Assembly (NCBI GenBank): GCA_013003285.1
Contig: JABDJY010000398.1
Span: 1-32,213, forward strand
Direction: 5' to 3'
From: Alphaproteobacteria bacterium
GTDB lineage: Bacteria > Pseudomonadota > Alphaproteobacteria > UBA6615
DNA: 32,213 nt
Shown here: piece by piece, positions 10,382-18,345 of the stretch
Layout: every line of letters begins with the position of its first letter
Position numbering within the stretch: the first letter of the stretch is position 1
Notes under the pieces: generated by a model
What the model saw: the letters and a program-made list of their open reading frames with translations, nothing else
Databases searched by the model: none
What the model was told of the DNA's origin: nothing
Made by a program: the position numbers and the translations under genes

Positions 10382-10927
10382 ATGCCAATCTATCTGGAGC
10401 CGCGAGACGTTACTGAAGACCTTGAGGAATTCAGTTCTGTCTTGATTGTGTCGTGCCCGATCTGCCCGCAGATGTCGCTGTCGATGCAGAAGAAGACGCC
10501 GTTCATTGAATTCTTCAAACATGGCTTCAAGACGCCAGCGTTCGAGGATTATATCGCGTCGATTCGCGCGCCGCTCAAGCAACGCGGTGTTCGCACCGAC
10601 GTTTTCACCATGCGTGCGCCGTCGCCGTTGATGTGCATCTGGACCGAGGGGCAGCGTCGCCGGCTGCGGGAACGTGCCAAGGGATTTGAGGCGGTGCTCG
10701 TGTTGGGATGCCATTCCGCCACAGCGACAGCGAAAGAGGCACTCAAGGACACCGATTGCCAAGTCTTTCAGGCCATGCGGATGAGAGGGCTGGCAAACGC
10801 AACGATGAAAGTCGATTTTCCGGCGACGGTCGAACTCGATATGAATCCGACGCCGACGAACCGCGCGGCGCGACGGCACGAGAATCGGGTCGGCACCGCG
10901 GCGGAAAACGAAAAGGAGCCGTCATGA
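10382..10927 (+). CDS. Hypothetical Cys-containing protein, resembles N-terminal domain of MetV (MTHFR small subunit)
   Basis: GAGGA RBS before ATG 10382. Motifs VLIVSCPICP, MCIW and AVLVLGC. The MetV likeness comes from recalled motif spacing only. Confidence 0.6.
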   Translation: MPIYLEPRDVTEDLEEFSSVLIVSCPICPQMSLSMQKKTPFIEFFKHGFKTPAFEDYIASIRAPLKQRGVRTDVFTMRAPSPLMCIWTEGQRRRLRERAKGFEAVLVLGCHSATATAKEALKDTDCQVFQAMRMRGLANATMKVDFPATVELDMNPTPTNRAARRHENRVGTAAENEKEPS

Positions 10928-11391
10928 CGGAAGATAGTTCAATGGATAAAGGCGATCGTCAGGCGATGATGGGATCCATGATGGAGCAGTTTTTCGGTGG
11001 CATGGGGGCGGACGAGAAAAAAGAGATGTGCGCGGCCATGATGGTCAAGATGACCGAAGGCCTCGACATGAAGGAGATGATGCCCAAGATAATGATGGGC
11101 ATGATGTCCGGAGGGGCGGGCGACGGTCTCGGCGCGATGCAGGACAAGATGTCGAAAATGATGCAAGGCGGCGCCGAACAGCACATGTCGCAAATGCCCG
11201 AAATGATGCTGAAGTCGATGATGCCTCACTGCATTGAAATGATGTTGCCAGCGATCGATCCGGATAAGCGTGGCGAGGCTGCGGTCGGAATTCTCGCGGC
11301 AATCGTCGAAAAAGGTACTGCCGGTATGTCGGACGAGCAAAGGCAGTCTTTTCATAAGGCACTCGAAGAGGTCTTGAGCCCTTCGGCATGA
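10924..11391 (+). CDS. Methionine-rich hypothetical protein (155 aa)
   Basis: AAGGAG RBS and ATGA overlap with the upstream gene. About 31 Met by manual count, many as MM pairs, plus MMPHC. Confidence 0.8.
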   Translation: MTEDSSMDKGDRQAMMGSMMEQFFGGMGADEKKEMCAAMMVKMTEGLDMKEMMPKIMMGMMSGGAGDGLGAMQDKMSKMMQGGAEQHMSQMPEMMLKSMMPHCIEMMLPAIDPDKRGEAAVGILAAIVEKGTAGMSDEQRQSFHKALEEVLSPSA

Positions 11392-11428
11392 AGTCGGCGG
11401 GCGAGAGCCATTGCTCACGATGTGATCA

Positions 11429-12739
11429 ATGAAGCAACACCCTGCCTTGTATCGGTGGTCAATGAAGTGGGCTCATCTCGTTCGGTTCGCGTTGGTCGTT
11501 GCGGCCTTTTCTACGATCCTGCTTATCGCAACGAACACGCGCCCGGTCGTGAGTTGGGCGGACGCACAGACTTTTCAAACAGCGGCAGGCGAAAAAGTAA
11601 CTGCGTACCTGTTTTGGGAACGCACCTGCCCCTATTGCCAGAGCGCGAAATCGTTTCTGCAGGAGGCCGCGGTGCAGAACGACTGGTTGGTCCTGGAAAT
11701 GGTCGAAGTGTCCGCACCGGGCAGCGCCAGGCAATTGTTTTTCCGGGTCAGCCAACTGTTCGGTATCGAACGGCTTGGGGTGCCACTCGTTGTCGTGGGG
11801 GCGCGGCCGTTCGTCGGCTACGACGGCGACGTTACCACCGGCGCCGAGATTCTGACCCATGCACAAAATTGCCTCGCACGAAATTGTCCCGACCTCGTTG
11901 CTGCCGTCGCGGCGACAATCGCAGACATCGGTTCCGGCGCAGCCGAAAAATCGACCGAACCGCCGGAGCCGACGCCGACTGCCTCTGTGCCGCAAGAGGT
12001 CGAGTTACCGCTCATCGGCACGGTAGCCATTGGCGCACTTTCGCTGCCGCTGCTGACTGTGGTGCTGGCCGCCGCCGACGGATTCAACCCTTGCGCGATG
12101 TGGGTGCTGGTCTTTCTGATCGGGCTGCTGGTTGGCATGAAGGATCAGGTGCGAATGTGGGCGCTCGGCATTGCCTTCCTGGTCGCTTCGGCAGGCGTGT
12201 ATTTCGCGTTCATGGCTGCCTGGCTCAATCTATTGCTGCTGCTCGGCGCGTTGTTCTGGATCCGCATCGCGATCGGTCTGGTCGCTCTTGCCGGGGGCAT
12301 TTTCTATTTGCGGGAGTTCGCCGTGAACGCCGCCGGACTATGCAAGATCACATCGTCTGGGCAGCGCCGCCGCGTGACAGAGGCGTTCAAAGGCGTTGTA
12401 CGCGAGCGCCGGTTTATCCTGGCGCTCGCTGGCATCGTGGTGCTCGCCGCGGCCGTCAATTTGATCGAATTATTCTGCTCGGCTGGTATTCCGGCGGTCT
12501 ACACACAAGTATTGGCACTCAGCGAATTGCGCCCATGGACCTATTATTCGTACTTGTTGCTGTATATCGGCGTTTTCCTGCTCGACGATATCGCGATCTT
12601 CGTGATCGCTATTTTAACGGCGCAAGCGGTCGGGTTCACCGGAGGCTATTCGCGCTTCGCCCATCTCGTTGGGGGCCTTGTTATGGTAGCCATCGGCGGG
12701 CTACTGCTGTTTCGGCCCGAGTTACTTGCATTCACTTGA
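11429..12739 (+). CDS. Thioredoxin/glutaredoxin-like (CPYC) domain fused to DsbD/CcdA-like transmembrane domain
   Basis: N-terminal hydrophobic segment, CPYC and GVP cis-Pro loop, then about six TM helices with the conserved Cys pair DGFNPCA and ELFCSAG. Confidence 0.8.
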   Translation: MKQHPALYRWSMKWAHLVRFALVVAAFSTILLIATNTRPVVSWADAQTFQTAAGEKVTAYLFWERTCPYCQSAKSFLQEAAVQNDWLVLEMVEVSAPGSARQLFFRVSQLFGIERLGVPLVVVGARPFVGYDGDVTTGAEILTHAQNCLARNCPDLVAAVAATIADIGSGAAEKSTEPPEPTPTASVPQEVELPLIGTVAIGALSLPLLTVVLAAADGFNPCAMWVLVFLIGLLVGMKDQVRMWALGIAFLVASAGVYFAFMAAWLNLLLLLGALFWIRIAIGLVALAGGIFYLREFAVNAAGLCKITSSGQRRRVTEAFKGVVRERRFILALAGIVVLAAAVNLIELFCSAGIPAVYTQVLALSELRPWTYYSYLLLYIGVFLLDDIAIFVIAILTAQAVGFTGGYSRFAHLVGGLVMVAIGGLLLFRPELLAFT

Positions 12740-12800
12740 CCCCAGTGTGCATCTGAGCGTTCCAAAATCACGTATCGTGAGGCTCTACTGGTCTCTCCAA

Positions 12801-13244
12801 TCACCGAACGATTGTGACCGGCACCTTGGCGTTATGGAGAACTTTCTCCGAAACACTGCCGACCAATAAGCCTCTCACTTCGCCAAGCCCGCGGCTTCCC
12901 ATGACGATCAAATCGGCATCGAAGGCCGTCGCGGCGTCGAGAATCACTTGTTCGGGGTCGCCCACAATTGATTCGTGCGACGTTTCTTTGACGCCGGCGT
13001 TGGCGGCTCGAAGTTCCGCCGACGCCAGTATTTTTTCGATAACGGTCCCAACCTCGTCTGGCCCATCGATATGTTCCGAGACAGCGTAATCGTGAAGCTC
13101 ATCAGGAAGCCGCCCGAAGGGATAGTCGGCGGCGTGGATCAGAACGACCTTGGCATCATATTTCGACGCAAGATCGCTGGCGAAATCGACCGCACGGTTC
13201 GCGTTACTGGACCCGTCGATCGGCACGAGGATGGTCTTGAGCAT
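12801..13244 (-). CDS. Universal stress protein (UspA family, single domain)
   Basis: ILVPIDGS and DLIVMGSRGLG...LVGSVSEKVLH..VPVTIVR. AGAGAGG RBS. Confidence 0.95.
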   Translation of the reverse strand: MLKTILVPIDGSSNANRAVDFASDLASKYDAKVVLIHAADYPFGRLPDELHDYAVSEHIDGPDEVGTVIEKILASAELRAANAGVKETSHESIVGDPEQVILDAATAFDADLIVMGSRGLGEVRGLLVGSVSEKVLHNAKVPVTIVR

Positions 13245-13327
13245 GGCGAACCTCTCTTTGGCGGATTTCCGTTGTCGAAACGGCGGTTTATTCGAAGAGA
13301 ATCTAGCACTCGTTGCGCCGGGGTATT

Positions 13328-13341
13328 TTGCGCTTGATCAA
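13328..13341. promoter_or_regulatory. Degenerate FNR/FixK-like box upstream of uspA
   Basis: Minus strand TTGAT-CAAG-CGCAA (8/10), 83 nt before the uspA start, overlapping the grdB stop. Confidence 0.4.
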
Positions 13342-14681
13342 TCTGACGATATTGGCTCGTCGAAGACATGCTGGTCGGAAATATCGGTCCCCAGCGCGGC
13401 GAGCGCCTGTTCGACCAAGCGGCGGCGAATCGCTTTTTCCTCATCCGGCGATTTATCGGGATCGCCCAGGGGATGGGGAATGGCGATGCTTGGAATGATG
13501 CGGTTGGCGCCAACGGTTTTAGAGATCGGCACGATCGAGCAGATATGCGCGGTGGGCAGTCCCACCCGTTCCAGTTCCTTGACGATCGTTGCCCCGCAAC
13601 GCGTGCAGGTGCCTCATGTGGAGGTCAGGATAACCGCCTGGACACCTACATTCACCAACTCGGCCGCGATGTTCTGGCCATAACGCTGTGCCCGCTCCAC
13701 CGATGTCGCATTGCCGACGGTGGCGTAATAGGTTTCGCTGAGTTTTCCGATACGCCCCTCGCGTTCCAGATCGCGCATAACATCGAGCGGCAACACCCGG
13801 TTCGGATCCTCGTTGGCATAGGTGGGGTCGTAGCCGCCGTGGACGGATTGGTGGGTCTCCCCGCTTAACCGGTCCAATCCCTGAAGCGAATAGGCGCCAA
13901 ACTTGCTGGCATTTGCGGATTCGATGCGGTCCGGGTTTCCCCTTGGCACGATCCCGCCCGAGGTCACCAGGGCCAGGGTCGCCTGCGCCATATTCTTCAC
14001 CGCGGGTGCGGGTGGCACGCGGCCGAATACCGGCATGGCATACTCGGTCTCCGGCGTAGCGCCGCTGACTTTACGCAACAGCATATCAATCGCCCGTTGG
14101 GCGCCCGGTGCGTCGGCGAAATAGTTCTGGCGCAGGCCGTGTGAAATGGTGTTGTCTTCGGTGGGCACGATTGCCGCGCCCGCGACGAGCTTAAGCCCAA
14201 CACGCGCCATATTGGTCGCTGCGTCGCGCATCCCCATGACATCCGAACTGGCCCGCACGATTGTCACTGGCCGGCGATAGATCTCGACCGCCGGATTTTC
14301 TTCATGCAATGCGGTTGCGGCGTGAATTCCCAGCCGCGCCTGTACGGCCTGACACACAGCTGCGCAGGCCATACCGTAGCGCCCGGCGTTGAAGGCCGGG
14401 CCGGCCAACAGCAATTTGGGTTTGAAATCAGCCGCAACCGTGCGCTTCGCTTCGATGAGGCCGACAATCTCCGCGACCGCGGCATCCAGGTTCTCGGCCA
14501 TATAGTTATCGCCGGCGACGATAGTGCCGATGATTTCGATGTCCGGTGCCATGCCGGCAATCAGTTGCCCCGGCCCCTTCGGCCCATCGTACCACTGGGG
14601 TGCGACTCCGGCTTGATCCTCGCCGCCCAGGCCGCCGAAGAATTGGTTCACATAGTGAATAGTCTGGATCTTTTCGGGCAC
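13338..14681 (-). CDS. grdB: Glycine/sarcosine reductase selenoprotein B (about 447 aa; Sec at UGA 13614-13616)
   Basis: HYVNQFFGGLGGE, AGPAFNAGRYG, LVTSGGIVP, HGGYD and DPNRVLPLD, then ILTST-UGA-GTCTRCGAT continuing in frame into ORF 13338..13565 (IPHPLGDP). UxxCxxC is the GrdB/GrdF active site. GTG 14681 was chosen by RBS spacing; GTG 14687 is an alternative. Confidence 0.95.
13587..13613 (-). promoter_or_regulatory. Putative SECIS element of grdB
   Basis: Minus strand CGTTGC-GGG-GCAACG hairpin at +13..+27 after the UGA. The loop Gs start at +19, the same register as in grdA. Confidence 0.65.
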
Positions 14682-14683
14682 GG

Positions 14684-15931
14684 TCACGCCTCTCGACAAC
14701 TCAGGTGGCTATAGCCGAGCTGATTGGTCGCCCCGATAATGGCCTGTAGTTCGACTTCCATGCTGCCGTCGTCGCGCAGGCTGTGCGGATAGCCGCCGGC
14801 GAGCCGCGACACGTCGGGTAATGGTCCGATCGTAGTTGCCATGGCCGGCAGCTCGACTCGCTCGTTGGCATTTCCCGTCGACACCAGGGCGTCGGCCTCG
14901 GGCGTAGTGTCGGCAAGGGACTGGGAAGCGCCATCGCTACCAGCGAATTCGTCGGTTATCGCAACCGTCTTGATGCCCGCCTGTTCCAAATCGCGCACGA
15001 TCATCATCAAATCAGCATCGGGATTGCCGAAGCCTTCTTTACTGATGATGACGCCACTCGATTTCATCTGGATAATTTTTTCGACCGCGGCTGCGGCCGA
15101 GAGCTGCTTTTCGGCAAGGCGCGTGGGTTCGTTGGTAATGACAACACCGGTAAAATTCCAGCGCGTCCCGTGGCCGCTCAGCAACTCGGCGATGACGGGA
15201 TTATTCTGATGGTGGAAGGTGGTGTTCTTGTCGCAGGCGCTCACGCAGTTTCCTGATAAGACACCATTGTCGAGCACGATGCGGGGATCGACGCTGATCG
15301 GTAGGCCTTCCTGTGCATTTCGTCCCAGCACGTAGGTGTCGTGCAGCAAGCCTTGGCTGAGAACAATGTAGACATAGCCTATGCGCGGCAGGCTCGGGGC
15401 ACATGGCACTTCGTCCCACAGCACCTCTTCGGTTTGGTCTGGTACGGAATCCAAACAACTTTGGGCGACAAATTTCGCCGCACGGGTTCCGGCTTCCCGT
15501 AACGCTTCTTCATGCGCGTGGGGGTCCAGGGGTTCGTGAACATCGATTTCCAGGACAATCAGGGGCAACCGGGAAAACGGCGTATAGGCCGCGCCGGGCC
15601 CAGACATATCGATGATGCCTTCCTGAAAGCCGACGATGGGGCCACAGGTTGCGATGGCGACATTCTCCAGGACACAGAGCACGCCTGTTCCCGGCTCCGT
15701 GCCGACCGCTTTCGCGCGCGGTTGGACGACGTCCTTGACGCACAAGATACGCGTGGCTTCGCCGGGCAACGCCAACCTGACGCGGATACGCGCCAAACGA
15801 TGGTCTTGTTCCTGCAATGTGCGCGCCAACGCCGCCGCGTCGAGAGACAAGCAGCCCTGATTGATGCCGGTCTGTTCGCCCAGCTTGACCTGGTTAACAA
15901 TATGCTTGTGCAAGGTTAGGGTCATTTCCAT
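14684..15931 (-). CDS. grdE: Glycine/sarcosine reductase component B proprotein (alpha/beta)
   Basis: VKDVVQPRAK, FQEGIIDMSGPGA.YTPFS, QGLLHDTYV, SGNCVSACDKNTT.HHQNNP, EGFGNPDADL, TDEFAG.DGASQSLAD and STGNAN. Adjacent to grdB. Confidence 0.92.
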   Translation of the reverse strand: MEMTLTLHKHIVNQVKLGEQTGINQGCLSLDAAALARTLQEQDHRLARIRVRLALPGEATRILCVKDVVQPRAKAVGTEPGTGVLCVLENVAIATCGPIVGFQEGIIDMSGPGAAYTPFSRLPLIVLEIDVHEPLDPHAHEEALREAGTRAAKFVAQSCLDSVPDQTEEVLWDEVPCAPSLPRIGYVYIVLSQGLLHDTYVLGRNAQEGLPISVDPRIVLDNGVLSGNCVSACDKNTTFHHQNNPVIAELLSGHGTRWNFTGVVITNEPTRLAEKQLSAAAAVEKIIQMKSSGVIISKEGFGNPDADLMMIVRDLEQAGIKTVAITDEFAGSDGASQSLADTTPEADALVSTGNANERVELPAMATTIGPLPDVSRLAGGYPHSLRDDGSMEVELQAIIGATNQLGYSHLSCREA

Positions 15932-16007
15932 TCTCGACGAACAATCGCTCCGGCATTGCCATAAGAGCTATAGATCTAGAATTGCGCACAACTCGCCACA
16001 TTGGCCA

Positions 16008-16021
16008 TTGAGCAACATCAA
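16008..16021. promoter_or_regulatory. FNR/FixK-like box between divergent grdE and tdh
   Basis: TTGAG-CAAC-ATCAA (9/10), 76 nt from the grdE start and 91 nt from the tdh start. Confidence 0.62.
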
Positions 16022-16112
16022 ACCAACTATTACGAGAAGCAGGCTATTGAACCTTGTAAACTACCCTGATCTTTGATCCCGGACGCTGCACAAATTAGCG
16101 AGAAATAGCGAC

Positions 16113-17072
16113 ATGCGAAAAATTCTTGTTACCGGGGCGCTGGGGCAGATCGGTCAGGAGTTGGTACCGGCCCTGCGCGACCGCTACGGCGCCGCAAACA
16201 TCGTTGCGTCGGATATCCGTAGCCTGCCGGCAGGCGAGGAAAACGCCGACGATATGTTCGAGGTACTAGACTGCACCAAGGCGCAGCAGGTCGAAGACGT
16301 GGTCGACCGGCACGATATTGGGTGCGTCTACCACCTTGCCGCGTTGCTGTCGGCAACAGCTGAAGACAAACCGCAGGCGGCATGGCGTCTCAATATGGAC
16401 AGCCTCTATTTGATGTTGGAGGTCGCCCGGCAATTCGACTGTGCGCTGTTCTTTCCCAGCTCGATCGGCGCCTTCGGCCCCACCACGCCGCGCAACGAGA
16501 CTCCGCAGGACACTATCCAGCGTCCCACCACCATGTACGGCGTCACCAAGGTGGCGGGTGAGCTGTTGTGCGACTATTACGCGAAACGATTTGGCGTTGA
16601 TGCGCGGGGATTGCGGTTCCCCGGCCTGATCTCCTATGTCGCCCCGCCCGGCGGCGGGACGACGGACTATTCGGTGGAAATCTTCTACCAGGCGATTCGC
16701 GACCGGCGTTACACCTGCCCGCTGAAGCCCGATACGCGCCTCGATATGATGTATATGCCGGACGCGATCCGCGCGATGATCGAACTGATGGAAGCCGACC
16801 CCTCCGATCTAACCCACCGCAACGCGTTCAATGTGACAGCGATGAATGTTACCCCTGAAGAGTTGGCCACCGAAATATGCAAGCACATGCCGGACTTCGT
16901 CATCGACTACGACATCGACCCGGTGCGGCAAGCGATCGCTGATTCCTGGCCCCGCGCGATGGACGACAGCGCCGCCCGGTCCGAATGGCACTGGGCGCCG
17001 CGCTACGACCTGTCGGCCATGACTTCTGACATGCTGGAAAAACTGAGCGCCAAACTCAAGCCCGCGAAATGA
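16113..17072 (+). CDS. tdh: L-threonine 3-dehydrogenase (SDR/epimerase type)
   Basis: TGALGQIG, HLAALLSA, PSSIGAFG, YGVTK, PGGGTTDY and RQAIADSWP are characteristic of SDR-type TDH. Adjacent to kbl. Confidence 0.88.
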   Translation: MRKILVTGALGQIGQELVPALRDRYGAANIVASDIRSLPAGEENADDMFEVLDCTKAQQVEDVVDRHDIGCVYHLAALLSATAEDKPQAAWRLNMDSLYLMLEVARQFDCALFFPSSIGAFGPTTPRNETPQDTIQRPTTMYGVTKVAGELLCDYYAKRFGVDARGLRFPGLISYVAPPGGGTTDYSVEIFYQAIRDRRYTCPLKPDTRLDMMYMPDAIRAMIELMEADPSDLTHRNAFNVTAMNVTPEELATEICKHMPDFVIDYDIDPVRQAIADSWPRAMDDSAARSEWHWAPRYDLSAMTSDMLEKLSAKLKPAK

Positions 17073-17096
17073 TGTAATCGCCCCAAGGGGATTTCG

Positions 17097-18323
17097 ATGC
17101 CTGATGACCGTTTAGCCAATCTGCTCTCCGCCGAACTCACCGAAATGGAAGCAACCGGCCGGCGCAAGGGAGGCGAGACGGTGTTCGCCGGCGTTGTGCC
17201 GCCGCGCGGCGACAAGGGGCCGCGCTATCTGCTGGAGGGCGAGGGCGATAAGCCGTTTCTCCGAATGAACGCCAACAACTATCTGGGCCTGGCCCGTCGG
17301 CCCGAAGTTATCGAGGCGGAGGAGACAGCGGTGCGGGCGTTTGGTGCCGGCCCCGGCGCGGTGCGCTTCATCAGCGGCACATGGTCGCCCCATGTGGAAC
17401 TGGAACAGCGCCTCGCCGCGTTTCACCGGCGCGAGGCGGCCATGATCTTCAGCTCCGCCTACGCAGCGGTCATGGGGGTCCTACCGCCGCTGATTAGCGA
17501 GGCAACAGCGGTGATTAGCGACGAGCTCAATCACAACTGCATCATCAATGCCGTGCGGCTGAGCCGGCCGCTGGAAAAACATGTTTATCCCCACCTCGAT
17601 ATGGCGGCGTTGGAAGAGAGCCTGGCGAAGGCCGCAGAGTCCTGCCGGCGCGCCATTATTGTTACCGACGGCGTGTTCAGCATGCGCGGCGATCACGCCC
17701 CACTCCACAAAATCTCCGCGCTGGCGCACAAATACGATGATGTGTTCCCCGAGAATATTTTGGTCGTCGTCGACGATTCTCATGGCGTCGGCGCTTTCGG
17801 CGCATCCGGCCGCGGCACGGAGGAATATACAGATAGCCCACCCGCCGATCTTCTGGTGGCGACGCTGGGCAAGGCTTTCGGGGTTAACGGCGGTTATGTC
17901 ACTGGCGGCGACACGCTTATCGACTATTTACGCGAGACCTCGCCCTTCTACGTTTTTTCCAACCCGATCACGCCGGGCGAAGCCGCCGCCGCCAAGGCGG
18001 CCGTCGATCTCGTCGACAGTCCGCGTGGCGTGGCCTTGCTCGATCATTTGCGCGACATGACCGTGAGATTTGAGACAGGTCTGCTCGCGCTTGGCTTCGA
18101 AACCATAGCTGGCGAACATCCCGTTGTGCCGTTGATGGTGCGGGACACCGAGAAAACGTCGCAATTGGTTGCGCATTTGCGAGACCAAGGCGTTCTCGCC
18201 ACCGGGCTCAATTACCCGGTTGTGCCGCGCGGCGACGAAGAAATTCGGTTCCAGGTCTCAGCCGATCACACGCCAGCCGATATCGACGAAGCACTTAACG
18301 CTTTGGCCGATTTTTCGAATTGA
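17097..18323 (+). CDS. kbl: 2-amino-3-ketobutyrate CoA ligase (glycine C-acetyltransferase), PLP class II
   Basis: ANNYLGL, VRFISGT, TDGVFSMRG, DDSHG, TLGKA (PLP Lys) and YPVVP.G...IRFQVSA.H. Located downstream of tdh. Confidence 0.82.
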   Translation: MPDDRLANLLSAELTEMEATGRRKGGETVFAGVVPPRGDKGPRYLLEGEGDKPFLRMNANNYLGLARRPEVIEAEETAVRAFGAGPGAVRFISGTWSPHVELEQRLAAFHRREAAMIFSSAYAAVMGVLPPLISEATAVISDELNHNCIINAVRLSRPLEKHVYPHLDMAALEESLAKAAESCRRAIIVTDGVFSMRGDHAPLHKISALAHKYDDVFPENILVVVDDSHGVGAFGASGRGTEEYTDSPPADLLVATLGKAFGVNGGYVTGGDTLIDYLRETSPFYVFSNPITPGEAAAAKAAVDLVDSPRGVALLDHLRDMTVRFETGLLALGFETIAGEHPVVPLMVRDTEKTSQLVAHLRDQGVLATGLNYPVVPRGDEEIRFQVSADHTPADIDEALNALADFSN

Positions 18324-18345
18324 GTCCGAGACTGTCGTAATCAAG

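Noticed and set aside
10924-11260. ATGATG-rich stretch as a tandem repeat or CRISPR-like array
   Set aside because: It is explained by Met-Met codons. There is no fixed-period repeat-spacer structure.
11422-12756. 444-aa overlapping Arg-rich ORF
   Set aside because: It is a shadow frame of the CPYC membrane protein with no motifs, as expected in GC-rich DNA.
13614-13616. grdB split into two genes or a pseudogene
   Set aside because: The UGA is at the UxxCxxC active site and both halves are in one frame.
15982-15998. Sigma-54 promoter for grdE (GG-N10-GC on minus strand); also TGGCAC-N5-TTGG near 24348
   Set aside because: Both lack the full TTGC -12 element and are too weak to call.
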